Part shown: in pieces, positions 51,401 through 64,000 of the stretch
Layout of the letters: every line of letters begins with the position of its first letter
Numbering within the stretch: the stretch's first letter is position 1
DNA from: Marsupella aquatica
Lineage: Eukaryota > Plantae > Marchantiophyta
Direction of reading: 5' to 3'
NCBI GenBank assembly: GCA_973895155.1
Contig: OZ316898.1
Coordinates: 11,989,187 to 12,053,186 of the forward strand
DNA length: 64,000 nucleotides
The notes under the pieces: generated by a model
What the model saw: only the letters and a program-made list of their open reading frames with translations
Told to the model about the DNA's origin: nothing
The model's database searches: none
Position numbers and translations under genes: made by a program

Positions 51401-53316
51401 TTGGTGCCCGGGAGATGTGGGGATCACGCGAGCAGGGCAGCTCTAGATAGTGTCGTAGGCTCTACTTCCTTTTTGATGGTACCCCGCAGACACGGATGAT
51501 GGAGCGTTATGCTCTATCTAGCTGAGCTCCCAGGCCCCGTCGTAGCTTATTGTTGCTCCTGCGGCTCACATTGGAGTAAAGTTTGCGCGAGAGGCTAAAC
51601 AATACTTTTGTGTTTCGTTCGAGAGCATAGCACGCGCGGGTGCTGATATTCTGGAATCCAATTTCATTTACTTGGCGAGGACCGCAGCGACCTTTATTCC
51701 CTTGAGCAGTAGCTTTAGATACTAGTGTCCCAGGCTTTCCTTCCTTTCTTCGTATTAGAACTCCGTCGTCGCTCTGCATGGAGAAATGGAGCTCAGCAGC
51801 GCGCGCACAGGGGTGATGAAGCAGTGGGATCCCTCTCTCGTCAGCTCCTTCCTAGCACCTGTTCTCTTGCGGCTGTCTATGTTCTCAAACGTGAGTCCCA
51901 TCATCCGCCAGGCTAAATAGAATTCAGGTTCTGCCCTGCGTTCATATCTGTGCTTGGTTAACATGCAGATACTTTCTCACTATCCCGGCCAACCCGAGAG
52001 GATTTTGTTGTCCATCTCAAACCCTCACTAGAAGGTGAGATGGTAACCCTGCCTGGTAGTGTCGAAGAGTTCAACAAAGGCTTGAAAGGATTTCCCTCAA
52101 GATTTTCACGGACCTTAGAGCTCTTTCGGATGCCCTCTCATCTCATGTGCCAGGACTCATTACTCTTAATGGATATGGCAAAGACTTTAGTAATGCAGAT
52201 TTCCTGTGCTAGTTTCTCCAGTGGAAGGTGGCTTTTGTTGGGTATGGTGTCTGAGTAAACTCGTGCTGCTCCAATGAAGAATTGGAAGTACGGATTTGAA
52301 TTAGATTATGAACTTGAAGATGACTGTCGTGGAGACAGATGCAATTGTTTGCCAAATTTTAACGTTGTGAGCTCACTTCTCGTCGTTCAGCTAAACAAAA
52401 AAATGTGATCGCAAAACACAACTGAGAGGAATCTCTGGCTGAGACATCACAAACATCTTGCACAGATCACCCACATCACCCACATCTTGAGACAGATGTG
52501 ACCCACATCGGTGCCAGCCTCACCATGCACTTCAGCTCTTCCACGTGATGGACTGAACACAGACTCCATGAATTTAACCTGGATTTTAAGATCTGGCCTT
52601 CGTTTCCATACGAATTGCACCAATCCTGCGATACCGCAATGGCCGCTTTATCAAAGAAAGGATGAAATTTGCTGTCTGATTAAGTAAGTCAAGCAGGATA
52701 TGCAAAGCTTCAATGTGTAGTACATCCAAGATTTAAATCGATTGTTCGTAGGTGGGGAACAGATTCGTGCGCGGTGACATGTGTTTATCATAAATTCATA
52801 AGGACAAGTGCTACCCTATGATGCGAGGTTTTCAGAAGTAAAGTAGAGGAACCTGTACGTCTAGATATAAACGTGAAAAGTTTAAAACACTAAGGAAAGG
52901 AAAGGAAATCACGTCCTGTGGTAGACATCCTGTGGCGTTCAGCTGGTAGACATTCTTGGTTCCGCTTCAGACAGGGAAACATGTTTAAGACACCATATTA
53001 CAGTGCGGAATCAGTCAGATACTGGTGTCCCTTCTTGCTTGTCATAACTAAATTAGAGAGACACCTTAAATATAGTGAGTCATGCGACCTATGCTTAGAG
53101 CCTATTACTAGACTGAAATTTATAATTAGGTTGACACCTGAAATAAACTTAAGTGAGTCACAATTTTATGTGAGATGTATTTTATAGGCTAAGCTATCTT
53201 ACTAATAATTTGCAAAGCTACTTAAGGCCTATTTTCTAGAGTTGGCAACTCCCAATAAAGACAAAACTGATAATGAGTCTTTAATAATCACACAACTTAA
53301 AAAATGAAGATAAACT

Positions 53317-54020
53317 AAAAAAACAGTATGGGGGAGGGTGGACAAAGAACTAGATGGGCAAAGATGAACTCAAATTAAAGCATACTTAGAATTGTTTCCG
53401 TGCAAGCTTTTTCTTTCTTCATATCTCTACTTTCAAGGACTCTTGGGTAAGAGGCCTAGTTAGTGTAACTTACTAGAGATGGACACTTTATCTAATGGAA
53501 CGTTTGTTTGGTACTCACACAATTTTTGCAGAAAGGGCATGGTGTGTCGGCGGACTTACTAAATGGTGATCGGGAAGTTGGACGTGAGTTTTCAAGTTAC
53601 CTAGAGAAGAGAAGCTCCGAATAAGTTAAACAGCGCTTCTACATACAGGTTTGATGTCTGCTGACTTTCAAAAAAACAGTATGGGGGAGGGTGAACAAAG
53701 AAGTTCTAGATGGGCAAAGATGAACCCAAATTAAAGCATACTTAGAATTGTTTCCGTGCAAGCTTTTTCTTTCTTCATATCTCTACTTTCAAGGACTCTT
53801 GGGTAAGAGGCCTAGTTAGTGTAACTTACTAGAGGTGGACACTTTATCTAATGGAACGTTTGTTTGGTACTCACACAATTTTTGCAGAAAGGGCGTGGTG
53901 TGTGGGCCGACTTACTAAATGGTGTTCGGGAAGTTGGACGTGAGTTTTCAAGTTACCTAGAGTAGAGAAGCTCCGAATAAGTTAAACAGCGCTTCTACAT
54001 ACAGGTGTGCTGTCTCCTGA
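53317..54020. repeat. ~353-bp direct tandem duplication
   Basis: AAAAAAACAGTATGGGGGAGGGTG...GCGCTTCTACATACAGGT at ~53317 and ~53670, nearly identical. Confidence 0.92.
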
Positions 54021-54383
54021 CTTCAAGTTCTTCCTGCTTTTTGTGTGGTCCCTAACATGATTATTGAACCCTAAACTCCTTGCTATTTTCTAATATAACT
54101 TTTGGTTATTTAATTTGGCATTTACTCTGTTGCGATCCTTTAAGACGGTTTAGTGTGCTTCGAATCCGGACCAACTCCAAATCAAAGCCATGTCTGAATT
54201 GCTTATTGTCATTACAATTTTGAATTGCAACAAATATCCTCACTTTGTAAAGAACATGAAGAAAAAAATTTAATATATACATATATATATACAAATATAT
54301 CTTTATATTGACTGAGTATTAAACCTATATAATTCAGTAGATTAGATTACAAGGTTCTATAGTTGCCTGTACCAATTCACAAA

Positions 54384-54790
54384 CTAAGGCGGTAGGCCGC
54401 TTCGCTTACGATAGCTTCCAAAGATCTCTGAGGCATTACCCAAATTTGCTTCCGGTTGCCAATTATTCTCGGCCTGGTCATAACCAGTCCACTTCACCAA
54501 ATACTCTAAGATTTTCCTTCCCAACTTGCGTTTGTAACGAACGTATAGAATTGCCTCCACCTCAAACTCCTCAGCGTCCTCCACCAGCATAGCGTCCAAA
54601 CGCAAGACTTGATCCCGGTTGGGATCATCGTCTTGGACAAATTTCTTGATTCGGCTAACATGGTAGCTTTTGCCCATGCCCATTTACTTGCGGGTTTACT
54701 TGGGTGTCTCCAACACCACCTAAACCATATTATCTTTGTGGGCCTATTGTGTGAATGATGCGATAGGGTTTCGCATACCTAGGAGAACTA
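54384..54790 (-). pseudogene. Ty3/gypsy chromovirus integrase C-terminus (GPY/F region + chromodomain) remnant
   Basis: PRYAKPYRII..IGP, YHVSRIKKF and chromodomain FEVEAIL...EYLVKWTGYDQAENNWQPEANL. Confidence 0.85.
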
Positions 54791-55960
54791 TACCTTGATT
54801 GGTAACTATACCTTAATGTAAGTATTGCTCTAACCGAAATACCTGGGAGAACTATGCCTTGACTTGGTACAAGTCTTGGAAGAAGTTGCAAGAGGACTCC
54901 TCCTTGCCGTTAACTTGGGAAAGCCTAGTTGAGGGTCTTCGTGCTCATGTCACCACTAAGTACCTAGAGCGGCACACTTAGAGATGTGTAACGTAAATGA
55001 GCTTTAGGGGTGATACCCAAAACTGGGAGAACTATGCCTTGACTTGGTACAAGTCTTGGAAGAAGTCGCAAAAGGACTCCTCCCTCGGGGGTCTCACTAC
55101 ATGGGGACCTCCCCATCACCTGCGACGTTTTTAGGCCTTGGACCCCCTAAAATGTAAGAAAAAAATATTATTTTTTAACCCCTATAAAGTTGGAATATTC
55201 TTAGAATATTCCAAAAATTGGATTAAAAAGACCCTAATGTTCTTATAAGTCTCAAAATTGAATTTAAAAGACCCTATTGTTCTTCTACAAAAATTCTTAA
55301 GTCTTCCCTTACAACCAATAAAATGACCCTATCCTTCGTTGCACGTGATATGCCATTTTTGTGGAAGTGAAACCCCCGAGACTCCTCCTTGCCGTTAACT
55401 TGGGAAACCTAGTTGAGGGTCTTCGTGCTCATGTCACCACTAAGTACCTAGAGTGGCACGGTTAGAGATGTGTAACGTAAATGAGCTTTAGGGGTGATAT
55501 CCAAATGATCATCACTTATTATCAAAACCAGTTGGTGTGTATCTCGACGGGGCAAGAGACACTACATACACAACTGCACAACTTTCTAGTGATTCACGTG
55601 TGGCGCCATGGATCATCAAAGTAAGGATTGTTCCACCAAAGGTGGCAAGCCGAGCGGAGATGGAGGGCAGAAGGGCATTAAGTAAAGCTCTAACCAAAAT
55701 ACCTAGGAGAACTATGCCTTGACTTGGTACAAGTCTTGGTAAATGAGCTATAGGGGTGATATCCAAAAGCTCATCACTTATTATCAAAACCAGTTGGTGT
55801 GTATCCCGACCGGCAAGAGACCCTACATACACAACTGAACAACTTTATAGTGATTCACATGTGGTGCCATGGGTCATCATTGTAGTAAGGATTGTTCCAC
55901 CAAAGGTGGCAAGCCGAGCGGAGATGGAGGGCAGCAGGGCAATAATAAAAGTATTGCTCT
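54778..55960. repeat. Complex tandem repeats (~180-250-bp units built on GGAGAACTATGCCTTGACTTGGTACAAGTCTTGG)
   Basis: Core at ~54846, ~55026 and ~55706; block 55511-55680 is repeated at 55773-55940; interrupted by MITE copy 4. Confidence 0.8.
55084..55380 (+). mobile_element. hAT-type MITE, copy 4
   Basis: TIRs CTCGGGGGTCTCACT / AGTGAAACCCCCGAG; 8-bp TSD ACTCCTCC at 55076-55083 and 55381-55388. Confidence 0.93.
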
Positions 55961-56250
55961 GACCGAACCCTTAGTAGTTGATGAGGTCCCTGTAGGGGAT
56001 ATGCCTGTCGGAGAGAAGGTGTTGTTGCGAGAGAAATTACGTAAGGTTATGACAATAAATCCTGACAAGCCAGTTTTTGTGAATGTCACAAGTTCTAACG
56101 GTAATCTGGGTGTTGCGTTGGTGGATACAGGCGCGGCCGCTTGCTTCATGAGTGGCATCACCTTCGAGTATATAGTGTTTATGGCATGACTTTGAAGAGG
56201 TGTTTGGCGCTCTACTAACTTGGGTTGGAGCCAAGCAACCAACTCTTCTT
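55960..56250 (+). pseudogene. Retropepsin (LTR-retrotransposon aspartic protease) remnant
   Basis: VALVDTGAAACFMS catalytic motif. Confidence 0.7.
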
Positions 56251-56370
56251 GGTAACTACAAGATCGTGATAAGCAAGTCTCGTTTCTGGAATTTCATTGA
56301 GCGAATTTTGGATGGACCCTAGCTAAGAAAATTCACGAGTTCATAATCCTTTGCATAGGTCTCCCCAAAA

Positions 56371-59300
56371 ATGTCACGGCGTACAATGTCCGAGAAGAGA
56401 CATGCCGCACGAAGGCGTGCAATAAACACCTATGCCGAGTCACTGAGTCCGTTATGTCAAGGATGGGCCTCAGCCCCATTGTATCTCCAAGAATGGAGAG
56501 CCGTCTGCCAAAAGACAATCCAAGGCATGAAGGTGTGCGGGATGTGCGGACTAGTTTGATACGGAAACACTCTGAGGATCGACAAAACATTCACCACCGT
56601 ACCAAAGGTGAACATGACGCCGTACGGCATATGCAACGCATTTGTCAACCAATACATTGAGAACCAAGATGGAACAATCAACGTGTGCGTGACTTGCATG
56701 CGAAACCCCGCCCGTATCCAGATAAACTCCTTCATATCTCCGCAATATGCGATCGACATCCTAGCCGCGAAGCCATTGTACATGCAATTGCTCTCGCTAA
56801 TCAATTGTCGACTAGGCATCATACAAAAGTACAATGGCTTCCACTCTGGCTTCTACAAAAAGGAAATCCTCCTTGACAACCCGCTCATATCCTAGAATCT
56901 CGACACGCTAGAGTGCAATAATCAAGAGGAGATCATGCAACAGATATACAAGGTCATGGAACTCAATTTGACAACCGACCAACTTTTCAGAAGATACGTT
57001 TCATTGGTCGATTGCCAGACCCATCACTGGGACTGTGCATCCTAAGTTCCGACGGAGTAGAGAACATCATCAAAGACAAGAGGGCAAAGGGAATCACCAC
57101 AAGATCCATGAACTTTGACCCATTCGACCCCGACCTGCACATCCTCTAAGATGTGCAGTACAGGATCCCGACTTCACGCAAGCGCAAGTACCAGGTCTTT
57201 CGTTCCGGCACTGTGTACGACCGTAAGAGAATGTGCTCCGAAGAGAGCATCAACACCGACGCGGAAGGACTATCGAACGATCCACAATTGACATTGGAAA
57301 ATGCAATGTTCCCGTTCTTGTTTGTCCACTCAAGGGGTTTCCATTGAGGATAACTCAACTTGATCGACTATATGAAACGGAGGACACAACAATTGTTCAG
57401 CATATTCACTTTGTACAAGCCGTACATGCTTATCATGTACCAATTGCGACAGGCCAGCCAAGTAGCAAGCATGAGCAGGACGATAGTAATCGACAAGGAA
57501 TACATGCAAATTAAGGAGAAGTGCCCCCACTTTAGCGAGAAGGAAATATACAAAATGCTGATAAAAAAGACAATCACGCAGGCCGTTCCTGGGAGCCCGG
57601 CATGGCACGGAAGACACCTCGACGACCTCACGTGCATGGTGAGAAAATGGGGACTGCCCCACTTCTTCCTCACGCTCACTTGCGACAAGCTCAGCGACAC
57701 CCGTTGGCTTGAGATTGCCGACCTCGAGAACCTCGTGAAGAGGATGAATCCGACCTTCTCATGGAAAGATTGTCCTGTCGAATGCGCCGTGCTCGTCCAC
57801 GAACGAATCCAACGTTTTTTCAAGGATTACATTTTGTTGAAACGCGCCATAATCAGAAATGTGATCCACTACATCATCAGGTACGAGTTGCAGGGCTGCG
57901 GATCACTCCACGCCCACACGGTGCTATGGGTCAAGGATTGCAACGTCGATCAAGTCACGAATGAAATTGCAACATTCATCCCTGGCAGATTCGACTCGAC
58001 ATCCGGCAGATTCGAAGAGCCGAATGGACATGAAGAAAAGACCCTGTATCGCAACGTGGTGACGTAACAACTTCACTACTGCAAGGAGGGCTTGTGCTTG
58101 CAAAGGCACTCCCAAACCGGCCTCAAGTACTACAAGTTGGGTTTCCCCCAAGAAACTCACCTCGACAAAGATGCGGCCATCGACCCCGCCACGGGGAAAT
58201 GGAGGTACCACAGGCCAAGCGACCACCACCAAAACGTTGTGCCATACCACCTAGTGCTCGTGTTGCTCTTGTGGGGCGCGCACATGAACCTGCAGCGCGT
58301 CACAAACGCGGCCTGGTCATTCTATTTGTTGAAGTACGTGATCAAATGCGAGCCACTGGGATCACTCCAGCTCAATGCGAACGATGCGCGCACTCTAGGA
58401 CTCAAGGACCTGTCTGAAGTCCAACTCAAGCTCGTCAGTGGAGCCGTCCTGTCTCGGAGCGTGTGCGCCATGGAGGCGGCCTTGACGTGCCTCAAAATCA
58501 GCATCATCCATCGCTCGGAGACAATGGCGTTCATGGACTCGCCGCCTCCAGAACTGAGGTCCGCCATCTATCGTAAGTCCTCGGGGATATGTTTGCATCC
58601 CACCAGACTCTACGCACAGAGGCCCGAGGACATGTTTGCAATGTCCTTCTACGACTACTTCACCAACCACGAGGTCCTCACCAATAAGAAAAGCACCACC
58701 AAACACTACGTCGACAAGGATTTGCAAGGCAATTTCGTGTATCGGATGGATCGGCTCGTGCGATTTTCGGAGTATCATCCAGTATACAAGATGAACGGCT
58801 TCTTCTACAACTACCTCCTGAAGGTCATGAGATTCTGTGCAGAAGGCGAGATTCTCCTCAGGCCCATAAGCGAGACGTGGAGCTACTTGCACGAGTGCAT
58901 ACACCGCAAGTTGATAACCAACGTCGACGACGTACACAAGTTGGTGCTTGAGTATTGCGCATCGCACCTCTACTCCCCCCACCACACATCCCACCTGCTA
59001 CAGGAGCTAAACGAAAAGCTTCCCCACCAAATTTTCAACGACGCGGCCACATTCCAAGCGGTTCCCACCGTCGCCGTAGAGAAACCGATCGGCACAGTGC
59101 TCAACGACAAAACTCTCCCGACCGTCAACTTGACTCCGGACCAAATCAGAGTGTTTGAGGCACTCAAGGATGTCAAGAGCGGTCTGTTCATGATCGATGG
59201 AAATCCGGGATCCGGCAAGACTTTCTTCATCTCTTTCATGAACAAATACTGGACATATAAAGGGAGGAAGGTGAAGATGTGTGCCACCACGGGCGCGGCT

Positions 59301-61292
59301 GCCATAAACCTTCATGCGGACGCGGTGACAATGCATTCCTTGTTCAGCATTCCAATACACGGAGAGCTCAGGCCTCTACACATCACCAGTCCCCAATACC
59401 GCATCTTGAGGAACAATGACGTGTTCATCATAGACGAGGCGAGCATGCTGACACCCAAACTGTTGCGTTGCATCTCCACAAGACTACACGAGACACTCCA
59501 AGACGAGGATCGCTCATCCGACCCGTTCCAAAATAAGACAGTCATCCTGGTCGGAGACATGTGCCAATTGCCTCCGGTTTGCACCCACCACACCAACGAC
59601 ATATGCAGGTCATGCCACCTCTTGTCGTCGCCATATTTTGAGACCATGCGGAAATTTCACCTTAGCATTGTGCTCAGACAGAGCACAGATCGGGAGTTCA
59701 TGGAGTTCCTTAACAACATCCGCACAGGCCTCCCTACCCAAGAATCGATCGATGAGTGCCTGGGACGATGTTACGTGTCCAAACAAGAAGCCCATGATTT
59801 CATCGACGCCTCAACGACCGTGATATGCACACATAGAGAAACAGTCGACAACTACAACGAACGGGCATTACGGAGATATTTTCCACGCCAAGAGATCGTG
59901 CCCGTCCCAATACTCACCAACGCCCCTTCAGACGAATCCACCCGGTCTTGGATACAAGATCCCTCCTTCCACACACTGACGAACGTTGCAATCGGATGCA
60001 AGGTGATTCTCACACACAACATCGACCTCTCCAAGTAGGCCGCGAACGGCAACGGAGGAATCATGGAGAAAATCACTACAGAAGCCGAAGGCAAAATGTC
60101 AATTTTTGTGAGAATGTCTTCCAACCACTGCCTCGTAAAGATCAACCGCACGGTTCATGAGAACAAGTTCATCTCGGGACAACAAACCCATCGGAAATCC
60201 ACTTTCCCTCTCATGCTCGGATACGCCATAACAGGTCACAAGAGCCAAGGTTGCACACTAGCGGGCAAGGTCGTGCTAGAAATAAACAGTGCATTCACAC
60301 CGGGACTGGTGTACGTTATGTTGAGTAGGGTCACAAATAGAGCATTCATGCGCATTGTTGGAGATCTTACGCCACCGGACTTCAAAGTGTTCCACTTACC
60401 AATTCGTCGTGTTCAACAAGCAGATGTCGACCACCAAGGCAACAAGGCAGCGAAGGCATCACAACAACAACGAGAAACGATGACAGGCGCAAATAGCAAT
60501 ACGACGAGCACTACTCCTACAACAGTTCAGGTAAACAGTGTCCACTTCATACTTCACATTGTTGATGCAAACGATATATAATGAAATGATGATACGAAAG
60601 TTGCAAGATTCATTAACATTGACGGGCACTATTGTTCTAACACATTGTTCACGTCTTTCCTGTGCAGCCCATGACAGCCGTGGAGATGGCAAGGATGATC
60701 ATGAGAGAGTTGTCGTCGGATGACTTCCGGACTGACGAGGAGGTAACGGCTAAACAAATTGCTTTCGGCAACGGTCTCGGAATCGAGACAACTGAGATGG
60801 TGAACGGGATCAAGAGGAGAGAACTGTCGAAGATGATCGAGGAGAGGAAAGTGTTCAAGGCCGACTTCTACGATCATTACGGAGATAAACCGGCGACTGG
60901 TAAGCACAAAGAGAAAACCCCCAATAAAAAATGAATTAAACCATCTCATGCACACATTAAGCACTAACTCCGTGTTGAAAACAAATGCAGGTGTCATGAA
61001 GGAGATTCTTAGGTACATGGCAGTTCCGTTCGAGGAAGACCAGCTCACTTACAAGGACGGGATGCGTGAGTACATCCAGGTCACAAAGGGAGCTCGTCTA
61101 GAGCAACTGACCAGATTGAGGCATGATTTCAAGATGCCACTTGATATGTTGGTAGGGCTGACACATCAGCAATCCCAGTCCCTGATCGACAGGCTGAGGA
61201 GGAGCAGCGACCAGGGGCTGCTATCTGACATCCCTGCCCAAACAACAACAGAACAACCCACCACATCCAAGCGGAAATTCAACGCGATGTGA
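56371..61292 (+). mobile_element. Helitron-superfamily Rep/PIF1 helicase gene, decayed (Helitron2/Helentron-like)
   Basis: N-terminal CxxC..CxxC; HUH Rep motifs PHFFLTLTCD, YELQGCGSLHAH, YLLKYVIK; PIF1 motifs GNPGSGKT, IIDEASML, GDMCQLPPV, FPLMLGYAITGHKSQG, YVMLSRV. ORFs 57153, 57360, 58092 and 60063 share one frame broken by single stops; spliced 3' exons 60668-60899 and 60991-61292. Confidence 0.92.
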
Positions 61293-64000
61293 CAGTTTTT
61301 TCCATGATGTAGTACAAGTTTCATTTTTCAGAACAATGTGGTGTATCATGCAAAAACAAATGACAAGTCCCAATAAAGATACCCATTGTCGGAAACATAT
61401 TTATCTATATTAATAACTATCTACTTTTTAACACATTTTTATTTGTATCAATAACTATCCACTTTTCAATCTCAATCGAATAAAAACAGGTGGGGGTCCA
61501 CGAACTAATTTTGGAGACCTATCACCCATGGACTTGAACCAGACCGGCTTGGGTGGGATTGGCTTAGGTATATTATGTTGTGACCCCCAACCTAGAGATC
61601 AAGATCCAATTGACCTACACTCACAGGTGTGAGAATGCTGATTGCAATGTGGTCTCTGAACTGAATTAGGGCCAATGTCAGATGTTTGGGCAGCTCTAAA
61701 CCCTTACAGTTAAAAAGAAATCATGCCAAAGGGGGGGGGGGGGGTGTCACTGTGTAATTCAATAATAAGAAGTTGTTATTGGTTGAACTTAGTTCAGCTT
61801 GTGATGGGGGCCCTAAAATGCCTCCAATTTTTTTGTCTGCGCATACAATTTCTATGCATAAAATTTTGCGCATACGATTCTGAAACATACAGTGTATAAT
61901 ACTAGAGAGAGTACATTTGTAACGGTTAAGCTTTCGTGACCAAACCTTCGTTGGTGTAAGATAACTTTGGTAGTCCAAAAATATAATGGCCATTTTGCCT
62001 AAGCTTCTGGGATTTGCACAACTCTAGTAGGTGACCTGTATTTTGTGCTAGCTCTTGGAGTCTTGCGTCCTTGTGATCCTGGCGAATGAACAATCAGCTT
62101 CTTGTGGCTAGCATTTCTCATCACAGAATGCATTACAGCAATGATATGTACTGTCAAAGTTGGTGGAGCGTCTATGTAGAACCTAAGAGTGCCGTTCGGA
62201 TCTGCTGTGACGTCGATCAGTAAGTTGCCCGCCGCATTCAATCAATCGCGCATCATCATACATTCATTCAAGACAGTGAATGTCCTGAAGATCCAATTCG
62301 GCAATTCCCCTATCATAAGTCTGTTGGGATTGTGATGGCGATGGTCACGTACACTGCCACCAAGCTACCTGGCAGCTGCTGCTCAGCTGCTCCACTACAG
62401 ATGTAGATGCAACACAGACAATTCAGAATTGAATAGCCATGAGCGGGTACGTAATGTACTTGCTCACACCTCATTTAACGATCACCCCTGCTCCAGGTGT
62501 GGCCGACTTGCCGGCCACCAAGAGATAGAAAAGTCATCATCGATGTACTGAATCGAAGTATCTCTGGTCCAAGCTGGTGATTGGTTTACAGCTTCAGGTA
62601 CGGCAGAAATGCAGTAGTGCTGAAGCTCATGTGCATGCTCTTCTCCAGCAAGCAGCCAGCGCCTGCGCGTAAAACAGTACGCACTTTGATCGAGGCTGTC
62701 TGTCCTGAATTGGTTTCATCGATGAAGCACGGATTCCTTTTCAGCGATATTACGACTCCCCGTGCCCGTGCATCTCAGCAGGAATGCATGGTATGCCCGC
62801 AATCACACATATACGGTACAATCGTCTTCGATCAAACAGACCTGGAGGTCAAGGGTTGGAAGTAGCCCTCTTCCGTTGTGCCACAAGACCACACACAATT
62901 GAAGTCGGGGTGAGCTAGAATCAACCGGAGTCTTCCACTTGGGATCGTTAAATTTGGCGATAAACAGCTCGGTCATGGTCGAAACAGTGTTCGCTAAATC
63001 TGCTGTGTGTTTGAAGATACATGGCATTACGATTATGTTGTTGTCTGCAGTACCTGCTCTCAAACCCAAGACGATCGTCTAAAGCAAGTCGTTGCGCCTG
63101 GACGCATGATGGGATCTCAAATCTTCGGCCGTGAAGTCGGTTTTCATAGAAACTGAACGGTTTTCTTCTCCTCTTCTGGAATCACTGATCATGCAACAAC
63201 GTGAAATTACCTAATTCGTCTGATCTGATCGACAAGTCGATCAGAGGATTTTACCTTCTCAGGCGTACAGCATAAGAAAGGGGAGTTTACTACTGTCCAT
63301 CATAAATCGACTCCGAAAAAACGGTGAATTTACTGGCGAATCATCAGGTCCGGTAGGGAATTGTGCACTACTAGTATTGGAGACACTGCCAAGCTCAATT
63401 TGCGAGCTACAGGACTCTTGAAAACTGGACCTTCCTCTTTTTTCGCTGATTGACGGATGGGTTGAGCCTGGAAACTTATAACTTGTAAATACTCGCCGAT
63501 ATTCAGAACGGGAATCGATCGAGCATGAGGGTGAGGAAGGATGAATTCGCCAAATTGTCAGGTCCGGCGCTACTCTGCAGTGCACTGCGAAGCTTTTACT
63601 TTACAAGCAACTGTAGCTACAGAAATCTTGAAAACTGGACCTCCTTTCCTTCCGTCGGCAGACAGATCGATTTTGCCTGGGAAATTGAAAACTTGCCAGC
63701 CAAGCAGATGGTCTGTCCATTTGTAACGGACGCTCATTGGTGTTACGTTTCCAAAATAGTATGCTTATTTTTGACCCGCCATCTCTGGCTAGCTCACTCA
63801 ACCCAGATCAGCCTGCCAGTGTGTGATACGTTACGTTCGCCGTGCATGCTTTAGCGACGTAAGTCAACGGTGATCAGAAGAATGTGGGACGTTAGGTTTC
63901 TCCACTCTCTGGCCAATACTGTACCTTGAAGGAAGTCCTCGCCAATAGGCTACTGTAGTGCCGTCATGAGCAAATAGAATACAGTAGAGAGGCAAGTACA

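Noticed and set aside
49773-51427. Hydrophobic Phe/Ser/Leu-rich minus-strand ORFs
   Set aside because: Products of purine/pyrimidine strand skew and short repeats; no domain motifs.
62280-63900. Possible minus-strand gene exons near the window end
   Set aside because: Some splice-like signals are present, but I could not build a consistent open frame or recognise a domain.

Overview
Repeat-rich eukaryotic nuclear DNA, most likely from a non-seed land plant (GT-AG introns, a plant F-box/kelch-type gene, a plant DUF4228-like gene, CRE-clade LINE, Helitrons, CACTA and hAT elements). Host genes: a spliced Ser-rich/coiled-coil gene (~13544-17326, +), a small DUF4228-like gene (29182-29619, +) and an intronless F-box gene (37233-38408, -). 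The most unusual locus is at 99-6139 (+). Several ORFs there join through phase-compatible introns into one gene with three lesions. It encodes a ParB/Srx-like domain, a beta-class N6A/N4C DNA-methyltransferase-like domain and an FCP1/SCP-type HAD phosphatase. Its own introns carry a 60-bp tandem array and dispersed copies of a 21-bp palindrome (GGGTCGCTCC-A-GGAGCGACCC). Also present: a deeply nested TE stack at ~39.6-48.7 kb (putative MULE > Helitron > CRE LINE > CACTA, plus a hAT MITE), four copies of an ~270-300-bp hAT MITE (three with exact 8-bp TSDs), a decayed Helitron2/Helentron-type Rep-helicase with a spliced C-terminal extension (56371-61292), chromovirus remnants and many tandem repeats. 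All domain calls come from motif recognition by eye; no searches were run.
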